Shown here: in pieces, positions 53,704-64,000 of the stretch
Position numbering within the stretch: the stretch's first letter is position 1
How the letters are laid out: the number at the start of each line of letters is the position of its first letter
NCBI RefSeq assembly: GCF_964355755.1
Contig: NC_092672.1
Span: 15,872,001-15,936,000 of the forward strand
Length of the DNA: 64,000 nucleotides
Reading direction: 5' to 3'
Source of the DNA: Antedon mediterranea
Taxonomy: Eukaryota > Animalia > Echinodermata
Notes under the pieces: model-generated
Told to the model about the DNA's origin: nothing
The model's database searches: none
What the model saw: only the letters and a program-made list of their open reading frames with translations
Made by a program: the position numbers and the translations under genes

Positions 53704-56679
53704 CAAAGATTTATGCAAGGCATCGTTTTAGCATCAACAAAAAATGCAATGCATCATGGTATCATTTCCCTAAAGTGCTAGGCCGGAAATTGATATTCAT
53801 GTAGCCTAGGCCCGCTAGTTCCCTTTCGCATCTGCCTTGCATTTGAATTTTGTTAACCAACTTTATCCTGAATACCACACCTTAGAATTAGTACTTTTAT
53901 GAAGAAAATCACTAAAAAAGTAAAACAAAAAATCCTTTAAGTTGATGATTTTACAGACGTTTTTCTCGCATACTGTTCAATACTGTTCTTATTTTAGTTT
54001 CTATGGAATGCCACAACATTAATAGATAAATAAATACATAAGATACAATATTATTATATATCAACATTTTCTACATATGCCTCTATAATTTTAAGTCTAG
54101 TAGTTCTATGTCGATTGTCGGACAAGTCTAGTCCAGTAGGTCTTTTCATAGGCGCTTTAGAATTCTCTCGCAAGTGTTATAGTCAATCATATAACATACT
54201 GTAAAGCCCAACATTTTTGTGCGCCCTGTTACAACCGTTAATGTAGAAAACGCCAGCTAATGTCGAAACAATCGTTAATGTAGAACAATCCACCGCTTAT
54301 GTAGTAAAACCTCCAGCTTATGTAGAAACACCAACAGCTTATGTAGTAAATAAAAATCAACACCAGCTAATGTAGAAACGGTCAACAGCTTATGTAGTAA
54401 CGAAAATTGCCTCCCGTCTTAAACGGGGATTCTGGGTTTGAAATTGCTTTTAAATATCGTTTATTTATTAAATAAAATGTCAGAATGAAGAAGTAATAAC
54501 GAGAAATTAAAAAAATTAAATTTCATACACATTTTAGGGTAAATTCATGGAAAGTCTGTTTTTCAGCAGCTTAGGGAAGCTCATTAATATTCATGAGATA
54601 TTCACAAAATCACGTCATCAGTGGATTCCAAACTCGCGACGTCATGTACGTTGTGTTTGTCAACTAATTTACATCTCTCTCCCCTGTCAAACGACGACCA
54701 CCCGATCATTGTGAAATACATTTTTTGTAGATTTTCTAAGCTAGGCCTAAAGTGTAATAATAACAGTAGTAGCATATATTTATTTGACATTTAATGAAAT
54801 ACAAAATTTAGTACAGATTACGGAGTCATAAATTATAATTTATATACTATTTTTATACCTCGAATAGTACAGACAGATCGTATTATTATCGGCTTCGAAT
54901 CACGTACTAGGTTAGGCCTAGCCTAAATCATTTTTTTGTCATGGGTGAGAGCCATTCTGACTAGGGATTCCATGCCACGATGGCTACGGTAAAACATTGG
55001 GGCCCATCATGGGCCTAGCTAGCCTACTACTAAACGATTGGCCCATAAATAACAAAACTCAGTGAATTCCAAACCCATCCTATCAACCAAACTCCTAAAC
55101 AATCTAAACCTAAAACATTCTACAAAATCGGCTGTAAATATTGAGGCAAAACAAGGTCCGATCGCCGGCCGCACGTATGGTGTCCTGATCGTCTAAGTAG
55201 GCCTAAATAGGCCTAGTTTACTCTCCAAAAAAGCGGATATTGCATCAAGCAAGTAGACCAGGTAGTAGGAAGGAGACCTAGCCGATCCGGCCCAGTTAAA
55301 AATTGAGCTAGCTAGTGTAGGTAGACCCTATGCGAATTGATACTACCAGGCCTTTTACTATAGGCTAAAATTAGCAATACTTATGTTTACAAATATTCCT
55401 CTCTCTCATTCAAGCTATATTTTCTATACCATTCCGGTATGTCGAGTCGACCTTCAATCAAATACTGTACATCGTTCATGTTGTGATTATAGACGGGGTA
55501 TACGCGACCCGACCAGTTTGGTATTGTATACTGTATCTGCTTATCACGTGACGATGCCAGGCATGGGCAGAGAGAGCACGTGTATCGTCGTCTCGCTCTC
55601 CTCGCTCTCTGGAATGTATACGTTACGCTTCATTGATTTTGAAGGCTTTCCCTAAGGGAGCGTGCCCAAATGTTTTTACTCCGTTAAACTTGTTGTAACG
55701 CAACTTTTACCGTTATATGCAAGCTAATTTAAATGGGGTTGGGCGTGTTCAGTGAGGCATATCAAGCCCTCCCTTTACTTGCTACTATGCTGTTGTTATC
55801 ACTGCATTGTTTAACGCGTAATTAACGGGAGACCGGACATGCTGTTCAGTGTTGCGTAACGATGATTCCAATGCGTTATTAACAATCCTTGTTATGGTAT
55901 GTTGCGTGAAATCCTATGATGACTCAAAATAACGGGTTATTAGCAGTCCGGTCATTGTTGTTACAACGCATATAATTATATTTATTAAAATAATCATGTA
56001 TACTACTATATCCTAGGCCTACCATAAAATAAAAATATATATAGGCCTAGGCCTTCCTACACGGTAAAATAAAAATATATAGGTCTAAGCATACTATTTA
56101 CGATCCGATTCATGGTATTTTTTAGCCTGGTACGTCGGGCGACACGTGTCTAAATTTCTAATAGCCGACTTTCACCTGAAAAAAAAAAAACGTATTTTTT
56201 ATCCCTGGATGTAACATGATATTGACGCGAATACCGCACTACAGAGAGCTAGGCCATGAACGATTCGTTAAAAGTACACCGCCAGACAATCGCGTAGCTA
56301 TTGTTTAGATTACATACTATAAACAATTAATAACAAAGAAAGCCTAGAAAGATAAGCTCCTCCTCTCGTAATAAAATTGTTAAATAATTTTGCTTTGACT
56401 GAGCCATTTTGTGACGTTTTCAACTCTTATCCATAACATTTCATTAATTAAACAATCAAATAGATTTGCACTTTAGACAATATTTTTAAAAATAATTTAC
56501 TGTATCAGTTCAGACTGTGAAGAACATGGATTTCGAAAGGTACACTTTATTTAACGCCAGGAATTCTTCTCACGGAAAAAAATGTGCTGATTGCAATCTG
56601 CATAAGCAACCAAAGATCCTGTATCTTTCTGGGATTCTGCCTTTTCCCCAGATTTATTGTTATTTGTATATTACATAAA

Positions 56680-57760
56680 ACCTCAGTACTGTGGAATAAT
56701 GCTACTCTATATAGGCCTACTGTCATTCAATACTATCGTCCGTTAGCTCGGCGTTTAACGGACACAAACACTCAGTAACCTGTGGAATAATGCTATACTC
56801 TGTATGCTGTCATTCAATACTATCGTCCGTTAGATCGGCGTTTAACGGACACAAAAACTCAGTAGATTGTGGAATGATGCTACTCTACTGTAATTCAATA
56901 CTATCGTCCGTTAGATCGGCGTTTAACGGACACAAAAACTCAGTAACCTGTGGAATGATGCTATACTCTATATGCTGTCATTCAATACTATCGTCCGTTA
57001 GCTCGGCGTTTAACGGACACAAAAACTCAGTAAATTGTAGAATGATGCTACTCTATTGTAATTCAATACTATCGTCCGCCGTTAGCTCGGCGTTTAACGG
57101 ACACAAAAACTCAATACAGTATACCATGGAGCTATAAAATTGTATAGCTCCATGAGTATACTGTGGAATGATGCTATACTCTATATGCTGTCGGCGTTTA
57201 ACGGACACAAAAACTCAGTAAACTGTAGAATGATACTACACTCTATATAATAGGCCTACTGTCATTTAATACTATCGTCCGTAAACTCGGCATTTAACGG
57301 ACTCAAAAACTCAGTAAAACTGTGGAATATGATGCTATATAATACTGTCATTCAATACTATCGTCCGTTAGCTCGGCGTTTAACGGACTCAAAAACCCAG
57401 TATACTGTGGAATGATGGTATACTCTATATGCAGCTGTCATTCAACACTATCGTCCGTAAACTCGGCGTTTAACGGACACAAAAACTCAGTAAATTGTGG
57501 AATGATGCTATACTCTATCTGTCATTTATTACTATCGTCCGTTAGCTCGGCGTTTAACGGACACAAAAACTCAGTAATATAACCTGTGGAATGATGCTAT
57601 ACTCTATATTATGCTGTCATTTTAATACTATCGTCCGTTAGCTCGGCGTTTAACGGACACAAAAACTCAGTAAACTCCGGGAATGATGGGTATTCGAATG
57701 ATGCATACTCTATACTGTCATCTATCGTCCGTTAACTCGGCGTTTAACGGAACAACACAC
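56680..57760. repeat. ~75-85-bp tandem repeat (about 13 units) inside the Harbinger-like element
   Basis: Unit core CATTCAATACTATCGTCCGTTAGCTCGGCGTTTAACGGACACAAAAACTCAGTA..TGTGGAATGATGCTA. Confidence 0.9.
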
Positions 57761-57904
57761 TGAATAGTAAATTCGCGCTTGGTTGAGAGCAAGTAGGGGA
57801 ATTCCCTTGTTTGCGACGCCTCCCTAATGCAAGAAGGCAATTGCACATTGTTTTTATATATATACTGTATAAGTGTTTTGCCTATTACACCATTTAGGCC
57901 TAAA

Positions 57905-58340
57905 TAGATACAATAATTGTTAATGTACACAGTTTTTTTTTGTATTTTGTAATAAACATGACACCCTTGCAGCAGCATCACGGAGGCTGCCAAAAACACC
58001 GTGGTGCGTGTGTACATCGCATCGCGGTGATAAAAAACCATGTGCTTGCTAATAACGTGACGTCATATCGCCCAAAGTTTCATCCTCTGTTTTTGGACAC
58101 ACTCGAGGTCAGCGATAGTTAAAGTAATAATTTATTTACGTAATACAATAATTGTTAATGTACACAGTTTTTTTAGTATTTTGTAATAAACATGAGACCC
58201 TTGCAGCAGCATCACGGAAGCTGGCCAAAAACACTGTGGTGCGTGTTGTACATCGCTTCACGGTGATAAAAAACCATGTGCTTGCTAATAACGTGACGTC
58301 ATATCGCCCAAAGTTTCCTCCTCTGTTTTTGGACACACTT
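57905..58340. repeat. Direct duplication of ~200-230 bp
   Basis: ATACAATAATTGTTAATGTACACAG...CTGTTTTTGGACACACT occurs twice. Confidence 0.85.
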
Positions 58341-59414
58341 AAATCGCGCGGCAGCTACAGTCAGTAAATGTTTTAGCTCTAGATAGACGGCGACCGGTTT
58401 CTATATTGTTTGGTCCATACCATCGTCCATAAAGGCTATACATGCTCATACTATCGATAGGACAGTCGGGGTTTTATCCGTGTTTATAATTTCGCCATTT
58501 TTTTTTTTCGGTCAAGTGTACGGGGTAAAAAATAAAAAAGGAATTAACGTCAAGCATGCTAAACAAAAAATTAGTATATTATAGGTATGTTCTATAAGTT
58601 GAAAATGTTCAACAAAAATTGTGGAATTGTAGATGCTGATAATTTAATGTTGGGTAAGGTTGTTTTAACAGCATTTTTTTTTGCCGTCGAAATGACGGTT
58701 TACCACAACATCATCTGCAGTTTCAAGGCCCTTTCTACAGCAATTGCCGTCGATCTTCATATTATTATTAGATATTATTGTAAATGTGTGGTGTGATATT
58801 GTCAGTACAAGGGTCCGTTAAATGAGCGTTTAACGAATATAAAAACGATCTGTTAGGTCGGCGTTTAACGGACGAAAACAACGGACGTTCTTCCGTTGTA
58901 CGCGTTAAATTCAATTTCATTGTACAGTATTAACCATGATACGCTCTGCTGAGTACAGACCGCCCAACTCATTAACGTTTTGCATATTATTAACGCATTT
59001 AAACGTCTATTAACGGAGTAAAAACATTTGGGCACGCTCCCTAAGTCAGTGCGAAAATCGGCAAACATAAAGTGCAAACATATCTAATTTTTCACTGTTT
59101 TGATGAATTTTCATAGAAAATTGACTTTATAAATGGGAAGACCAACTAAAATTACATCAGATAAGTATAATTTTACAAAAGTAATTGATATGGTTAATGA
59201 TAACGAGTCGTCGGAAGATTGACCATTTCACGAATTTCCTATTCTGTAACACAGTGTCATATCGCCGTAGCTGCACTTGGTATCTGGCCTCATTTCACAG
59301 CCTTCGTTCTGCTTCACTGGGCGCTTATATAAATTGAAACTTTTACCGTTCAAGAGACAAACAAATATATTTTACATTTGTTTAAACTGAGTTAGTGAGA
59401 AGTCGAATAAATAA

Positions 59415-60325
59415 AAATAAACCTCCTCTCACAAGGAACTGCTTTTCATAATCGACCACCTCTCGTAAGTGATTACCTCTTTTAAATGACCACCCTATTT
59501 GTGAGCTTAACTATAAATCCTATTGTTCCAGCCGGTACATATCTTAGATGGCTGGCTGATTTCTGTTCGATACTGTCAATGATTAATTGTTTTATGATGA
59601 AAAGGGTACAGGGGTTAAATACACTTTGTTCTTTAATTCTACAATGAATATTTGAACTCTAGCCTATATTGGTCAAGTAATTGGTTTAAAAGTGAATTTT
59701 ATAACAGTGCAGTCGATTATGAGAAGCAGTCCCTTAATAGAGGTGGTGGTCCTTTAAAAGAGGTCATCACTTTTACGAGAGGGGGTCGTTAAGAGACGTA
59801 GTCCTTTAAAAGAGACGATTATGAGAAGCGGCCCTTAAATAGAGGTCACTGACGAGTAGTGTGGTCGTTAAGGTGGTCGCTTACGAGAGGTGGTCAATGA
59901 TGGGAAGTTGTTCCTTAACAGAAACAGTGGTCGTTCAATAGAGGTGGTTACTTTCGAGAGGTCGTGATGGGAGATGGTCGATTATGAGAAGCAGTCCCTT
60001 AATAGGGGTTTATTTATTTATTACCATCTTTACTGAGGGTGGTGGTCCTTTAAAAGAGGTCGTCACTGACGATTATGAGAAGCGGTCCTTTAATATAGAA
60101 AAAGAGGTCATGGTCCCTTAAAAGAGGTGGTCACTTGCGAGAGGTGTGGTTGTTCAGAGAGGTGGTCGCTTTACGAGAGGTGGTCGATTATGAGAAGTGG
60201 TCCCTTATGAGAGGGGGTGATCCCTTACGAGAGATGGTCGATTATTAGAAACGGTTTCTTAACAGAGATGGTTGCTTACGATGTGTAGTCGTTTTAGAAA
60301 GTTGGTTGCTTACGAGAGGTGGAAA
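59415..60325. repeat. Degenerate GAGAGGTGGTCGCTTAC repeats in inverted blocks (MITE-derived)
   Basis: ACCACCTCTCGTAAG block at 59420-59500 faces GAGAGGTGGTC blocks at 59715-60320. Confidence 0.6.
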
Positions 60326-61237
60326 GACTGATAACTAAGTAAAGATCGATGCATTTGCACATGATTTAGACATTTTTGTAAAATATATATAATTTTCTAC
60401 ATTAGCTGGCGATAGTAACTACATATTGCTGGGAGGCAATTTTCGTTACTACATAAGCTGTTGATCGTTTCTACATTAGCGGGTGTTGATTTTTAATTTA
60501 CTACATAAGCTGTTGGTGTTTCTACATAAGCTGGAGGTTTTACTACATAAGCGGTGGATTGTTCTACATTAACGGTTGTTTCGACATTAGCTGGCGTTTT
60601 CTACATTAACGGTTGTAACACGCCCTTTATTTTCATGACTTTTGCGATTGAACAACGATCGCGAAAATAAAGGGCACGTGAAAATCCCAATGATGTTGTT
60701 TACAGTCGATCAAGCCCAGCCTAAGCTTAGTTAGACAAGCCTAGCCTAAATATGGAAAAAATAAAAATAAAATAGTTACGATTAATTTCTAATTGTGTAT
60801 TCTTTGAAACATTTACGAACCCCAATTATTATTTGTATTGTTTGTTCAGGTGTAATTAAAACATTAAAATAAATTGCAACCGACCGAAAATGATAGTTAG
60901 GCCATACTTAGCCTGCGCTGCTTCGCTCAAAACAATGATGAAATTCCTCCTCACAGCTATCGACACTGTTATGTTTTGATGTGTTGATGATTATAATCAT
61001 TAACAAACGATATGTTGTCTTAGGGAATAATTTTGTAGAAGAGCAAAATGCTCTCCTCGGAAACAGAACGAGAGCAATTTAGTGCTCTCCTGCCTTTTCC
61101 TTACAAGATGGACTGAAACTAGCGATTTTGAAGTTTATAGGTCCCACCCTAGCACAACAACAAAGTCTACTGAGAAGGCTGATTGAGTATTCAGTACATT
61201 TTGTACTATTAATGATATGTATAAATTTTATTCTTAG

Positions 61238-61317
61238 AAATTATACTGGTGGAGATTCATCATGTTCTGCTCTTTTGGATGCACCAGTTTATCTAGCTGA
61301 TATTATTGATGCTGAGG
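61238..61317 (+). CDS. ABCF3: ABCF3 coding exon 3
   Basis: NYTGGDSSCSALLDAPVYLADIIDAE; conserved LLDAP; TAG/GTATGA boundaries. Confidence 0.9.
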
Positions 61318-61701
61318 GTATGAATTTTACTGTACTTTTTACTATAAAGTAATTATTAGTGTAATAAACATTCTATTTCTGTACTAAATTTGCCGTTTAG
61401 TAAATTTATATATAGATTAAAAATACATGGAGGTGAGGAGTATTTTAAACTGTCACCTCCAGTTTTGATTGACTCTTACTTAGCATAACACTGAACCACC
61501 CAAGTCATCATACCACACCTTGAGAAATAAAAAAAAGACTTATGCCAGAATATAATATTGCATATTTATGCAATTAAAAAGGTTTTGCTTATTATTGTTT
61601 AATTAATGTATAATTATTTTTTTAAATTATGGTAGAATTTACTAGGAGATAATCTTCCATATAAATTTAAAATAACTCAGTTTTTTACGTTTCTGTAAAA
61701 G

Positions 61702-61757
61702 ATGTAACCAGCACAGATGATCCTAGTATATGGATAGCAAAAAAGGAAGCTATATCG
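61702..61757 (+). CDS. ABCF3: ABCF3 coding exon 4
   Basis: (D)VTSTDDPSIWIAKKEAIS; AAG/GTAAGT boundaries, phase-compatible. Confidence 0.85.
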
Positions 61758-61838
61758 GTAAGTAAAGTCAATCTGGGAAATGTATAGGTACCTAGGAAAT
61801 GTAATAAATTTACACTTCTTTGTTATTTTTTTATATAG

Positions 61839-61939
61839 AATGTTGATAAACAGAAGTTAAAGAAAGCAGAAGCAAAAATTAAAGCTAAACAAGAGAAGAG
61901 ATCTTTAAAGGATGATCTACCAAAGACAAGCTCTAATGG
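61839..61939 (+). CDS. ABCF3: ABCF3 coding exon 5
   Basis: NVDKQKLKKAEAKIKAKQEKRSLKDDLPKTSSN(G). Confidence 0.92.
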
Positions 61940-62098
61940 GTATCACTGTTTACACTGACATACATTAAAGACTTTTAGATTGAGTGAACGTGCACACAAC
62001 GGTCACATCCATTTATTTAAGGCTTAGATTAGATCATTCTGAATGAAGGCGTCCAAATGATAAAACTCGGGCCATAACCAGTATTATTAAAAGCTTTA

Positions 62099-62971
62099 CT
62101 GTAAAGCCCAACATTTTCGCGCAACCTTTATTTTTGCGAATGTTGCGATTGAACAATGTTACAGTCGATCAGACCTAGGCATAGTTAGTTTAGCCAGGCC
62201 GCATTATTTTTTTTCCTATGCATTTAAGGCAGCAATCATTAATAATTCATTAGAAACTCAACAGTTTTTATTTAAAAAAAAAATGTTATTCCATCAAAAC
62301 CAACAGCGATGATTACCGCCACTAACAGGTTTGATAACAACAACAACAGTTCTTTTCAGAACTAATACACGTGGTGTACTGCAAACTTTATATCAATCAT
62401 TAGAATAATTATGACATAATATTGGAAATTATAGAGGGTGCTATATTAGCATGCAGTGAGATTAAATAATTTGTGTAAACAGCGTTTGCCAACCGAAATG
62501 TTTGGTCTAGAGCCCTCGGTTCGAGGTCTTTCAAGAACATGTTTTTTTTAATAGTTGAGAGAGATTATTTAGAGGGTTAGGTTTAAGTATATTTAGGAAG
62601 TAGATCAGCTATCTTGCAATATTTATAATAGAAAATAATTAAGGTAATGAATTATTCATGATTTCTGCCTTAATTGCATAGGAAAAAAATAATACAGCAA
62701 GGCCTAGCCTACTAGGCTTAATATGGAAAAAATGAATATAAAGTAGTTACGGTAAACTTCTAGTTGTATAGTGTCCATAAAGTAATTATTCTACGTGCGT
62801 AGGCCTAGCTTGTAGTGGAGCAAACAGCAAAAATACCATTGTCATGCTCTCCGGCGTCGTTGATTCAACAAATTACACAAGAAACTCAAATCACGAAAAT
62901 AAAAGGTCGCGAAATAGTTGAAAAAGTAAAATCGTAAAACTTTAGGGCCGTGAACATTTTGGACTTTACAG
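62099..62971. mobile_element. Tc1/pogo-type MITE with a nested GGCC-ended MITE (62197-62704)
   Basis: TA[CTGTAAAGCCCAACATTTTC...ATTTTGGACTTTACAG]TA; inner TIR GGCC..ATTATTTTTTTCCTATGCA.TTAAGGCAG.AATCAT.AATAATTCATTA. Confidence 0.78.
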
Positions 62972-63740
62972 TATTTAAAATAACCAATACAAGTCAATAA
63001 TTTTTTTTTGCAGATATAATTTGACTGAAATTTACATTACTACATTTTCGCGAGATTCTTGGCCATGATTTTGGTAAACTTTGTAGTGTTATGACATCAT
63101 ACGTCCATTCGTACTCATGTCGGAGATCGAACGTCAAAATGCCATTGAACAAGTGTTAAAATTTGCCAGTAGACGTACCACTCGCCTAACACATGCGCAT
63201 ATGAAAATGACGTAATAGGGTAGCAGTCGACATAGTCCACATCTATCCCTACTAATTAAAAGTGTACAACTACGCTTCTTGGTGTTGCGTTGCAATAATC
63301 GTTGGGCTCTTTGTAGTACATGTCACACTTTATAATAAACTGCTGTTGCACCTTGTAGTAACTGCTGTTGTATTTTAAACACTGCCATCCCACTTTGTAA
63401 TAACTGCTGTCACACTTTGTATTTTTAAATTGTACAAAATCTTTATTTTTCTTTATTTCTTTCTGTACAGATTTGTGTGTGCTGAGTATCTAAAAAGTTC
63501 AATGATCTTCACATTTTCACAATCTTTCCCATAAAGAAAACTGGTCATAATTAATTAACTTGTCATGTCAATTGTCAATTTAGTTTATAATATACATTTT
63601 GATGGTGGTCACAGTATGTCATACTGTGACCATTAGTATACCCAAAGCAATCACAATTTCTATTTAATTATTGAGGTTATTTATTATTATAATATGCTCT
63701 GATCCAATATTGTTTTATTTCTTTTTGATAATACCAACAG

Positions 63741-63860
63741 CTCAATGACTGCTTCTGCCAGTCAGGCTTTGAGTAGAAGAGATCAGAAGCTAGAAGAATC
63801 TGGTACAAACCGATCTACTGATATCAAGATTGAAAATTTTGATGTAGCATTTGGAGATAA
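63741..63860 (+). CDS. ABCF3: ABCF3 coding exon 6 (start of ABC domain 1; gene continues past the window)
   Basis: SMTASASQALSRRDQKLEESGTNRSTDIKIENFDVAFGD(K); CAG/GTAAGT boundaries. Confidence 0.95.
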
Positions 63861-63897
63861 GTAAGTTTTTAATTGCAGGCCTCAAATTTTACCACCG

Positions 63898-64000
63898 GTG
63901 CCCTCTCAGTCTCAGTTGGCCTTGATGCCCTCTCAGTTGGCCTTGATGCCCTCTCAGTTGGCCTTGATGCCCTCTCAGTTGGCCTTGATGCCCTCTCAGT
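63898..64000. repeat. 21-bp minisatellite, possibly subterminal repeats of a hAT-like element starting CAGG at 63876
   Basis: (GCCCTCTCAGTTGGCCTTGAT)n running to the window end. Confidence 0.85.

Larger units (their letters stand above)
55656..59041. mobile_element. Harbinger-like non-autonomous element
   Basis: TAA TSD; TIR GGGAGCGTGCCCAAATGTTTTTACTCCGTTAA. Confidence 0.87.
54227..60620. mobile_element. Ginger2/Tdd-like non-autonomous element inserted in a Tc1/pogo-type MITE
   Basis: TGTTACA...TGTAACA termini, ~190-bp TIRs, 5-bp TSD CGCCC; flanks join to match the MITE at 62099-62971. Confidence 0.78.

Noticed and set aside
61128-61352. Stand-alone 74-aa ORF
   Set aside because: Only 61238-61317 is coding (ABCF3 exon 3); the rest is intron read-through

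Overview
Eukaryotic, AT-rich, intron-containing animal DNA, probably a marine invertebrate (Deu/Nin-domain SINE; Ginger, IS3EU, Kolobok and Helentron-type elements). Two host genes lie head-to-head about 17 kb apart. IFT20 is on the minus strand with only coding exon 1 present (19438-19570), so everything to its left appears to be intron 1. ABCF3 is on the plus strand with coding exons 1-6 at 36629-63860 and continues beyond the window. Most of the rest is nested transposable elements. The IFT20 intron holds a Gypsy remnant split by a 15.9-kb PIF/Harbinger element. That element carries spliced but decayed transposase and MADF-BESS genes, and itself contains Tc1/pogo, Kolobok and Mutator MITEs plus a Ginger1-like element with GPY/F and OTU remnants. 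The intergenic region holds 97-bp hairpin repeat arrays, an IS3EU-like transposase relic, an IS3EU-type foldback MITE, a hAT element, two SINEs and several LINEs. The ABCF3 introns hold EnSpm, Helentron, Mutator, Ginger2-like and Harbinger MITEs. Most notable observations: (i) TA-GGCC-TA and TA-CAG-TA micro-insertions that look like excision footprints and pile up just inside the first intron of all four spliced genes; (ii) the sequence up to 8 nt before the ABCF3 ATG is a repeat that also occurs about 15 kb upstream. There is no prokaryotic system or CRISPR array. All family assignments were made by eye from termini, TSDs and motifs.
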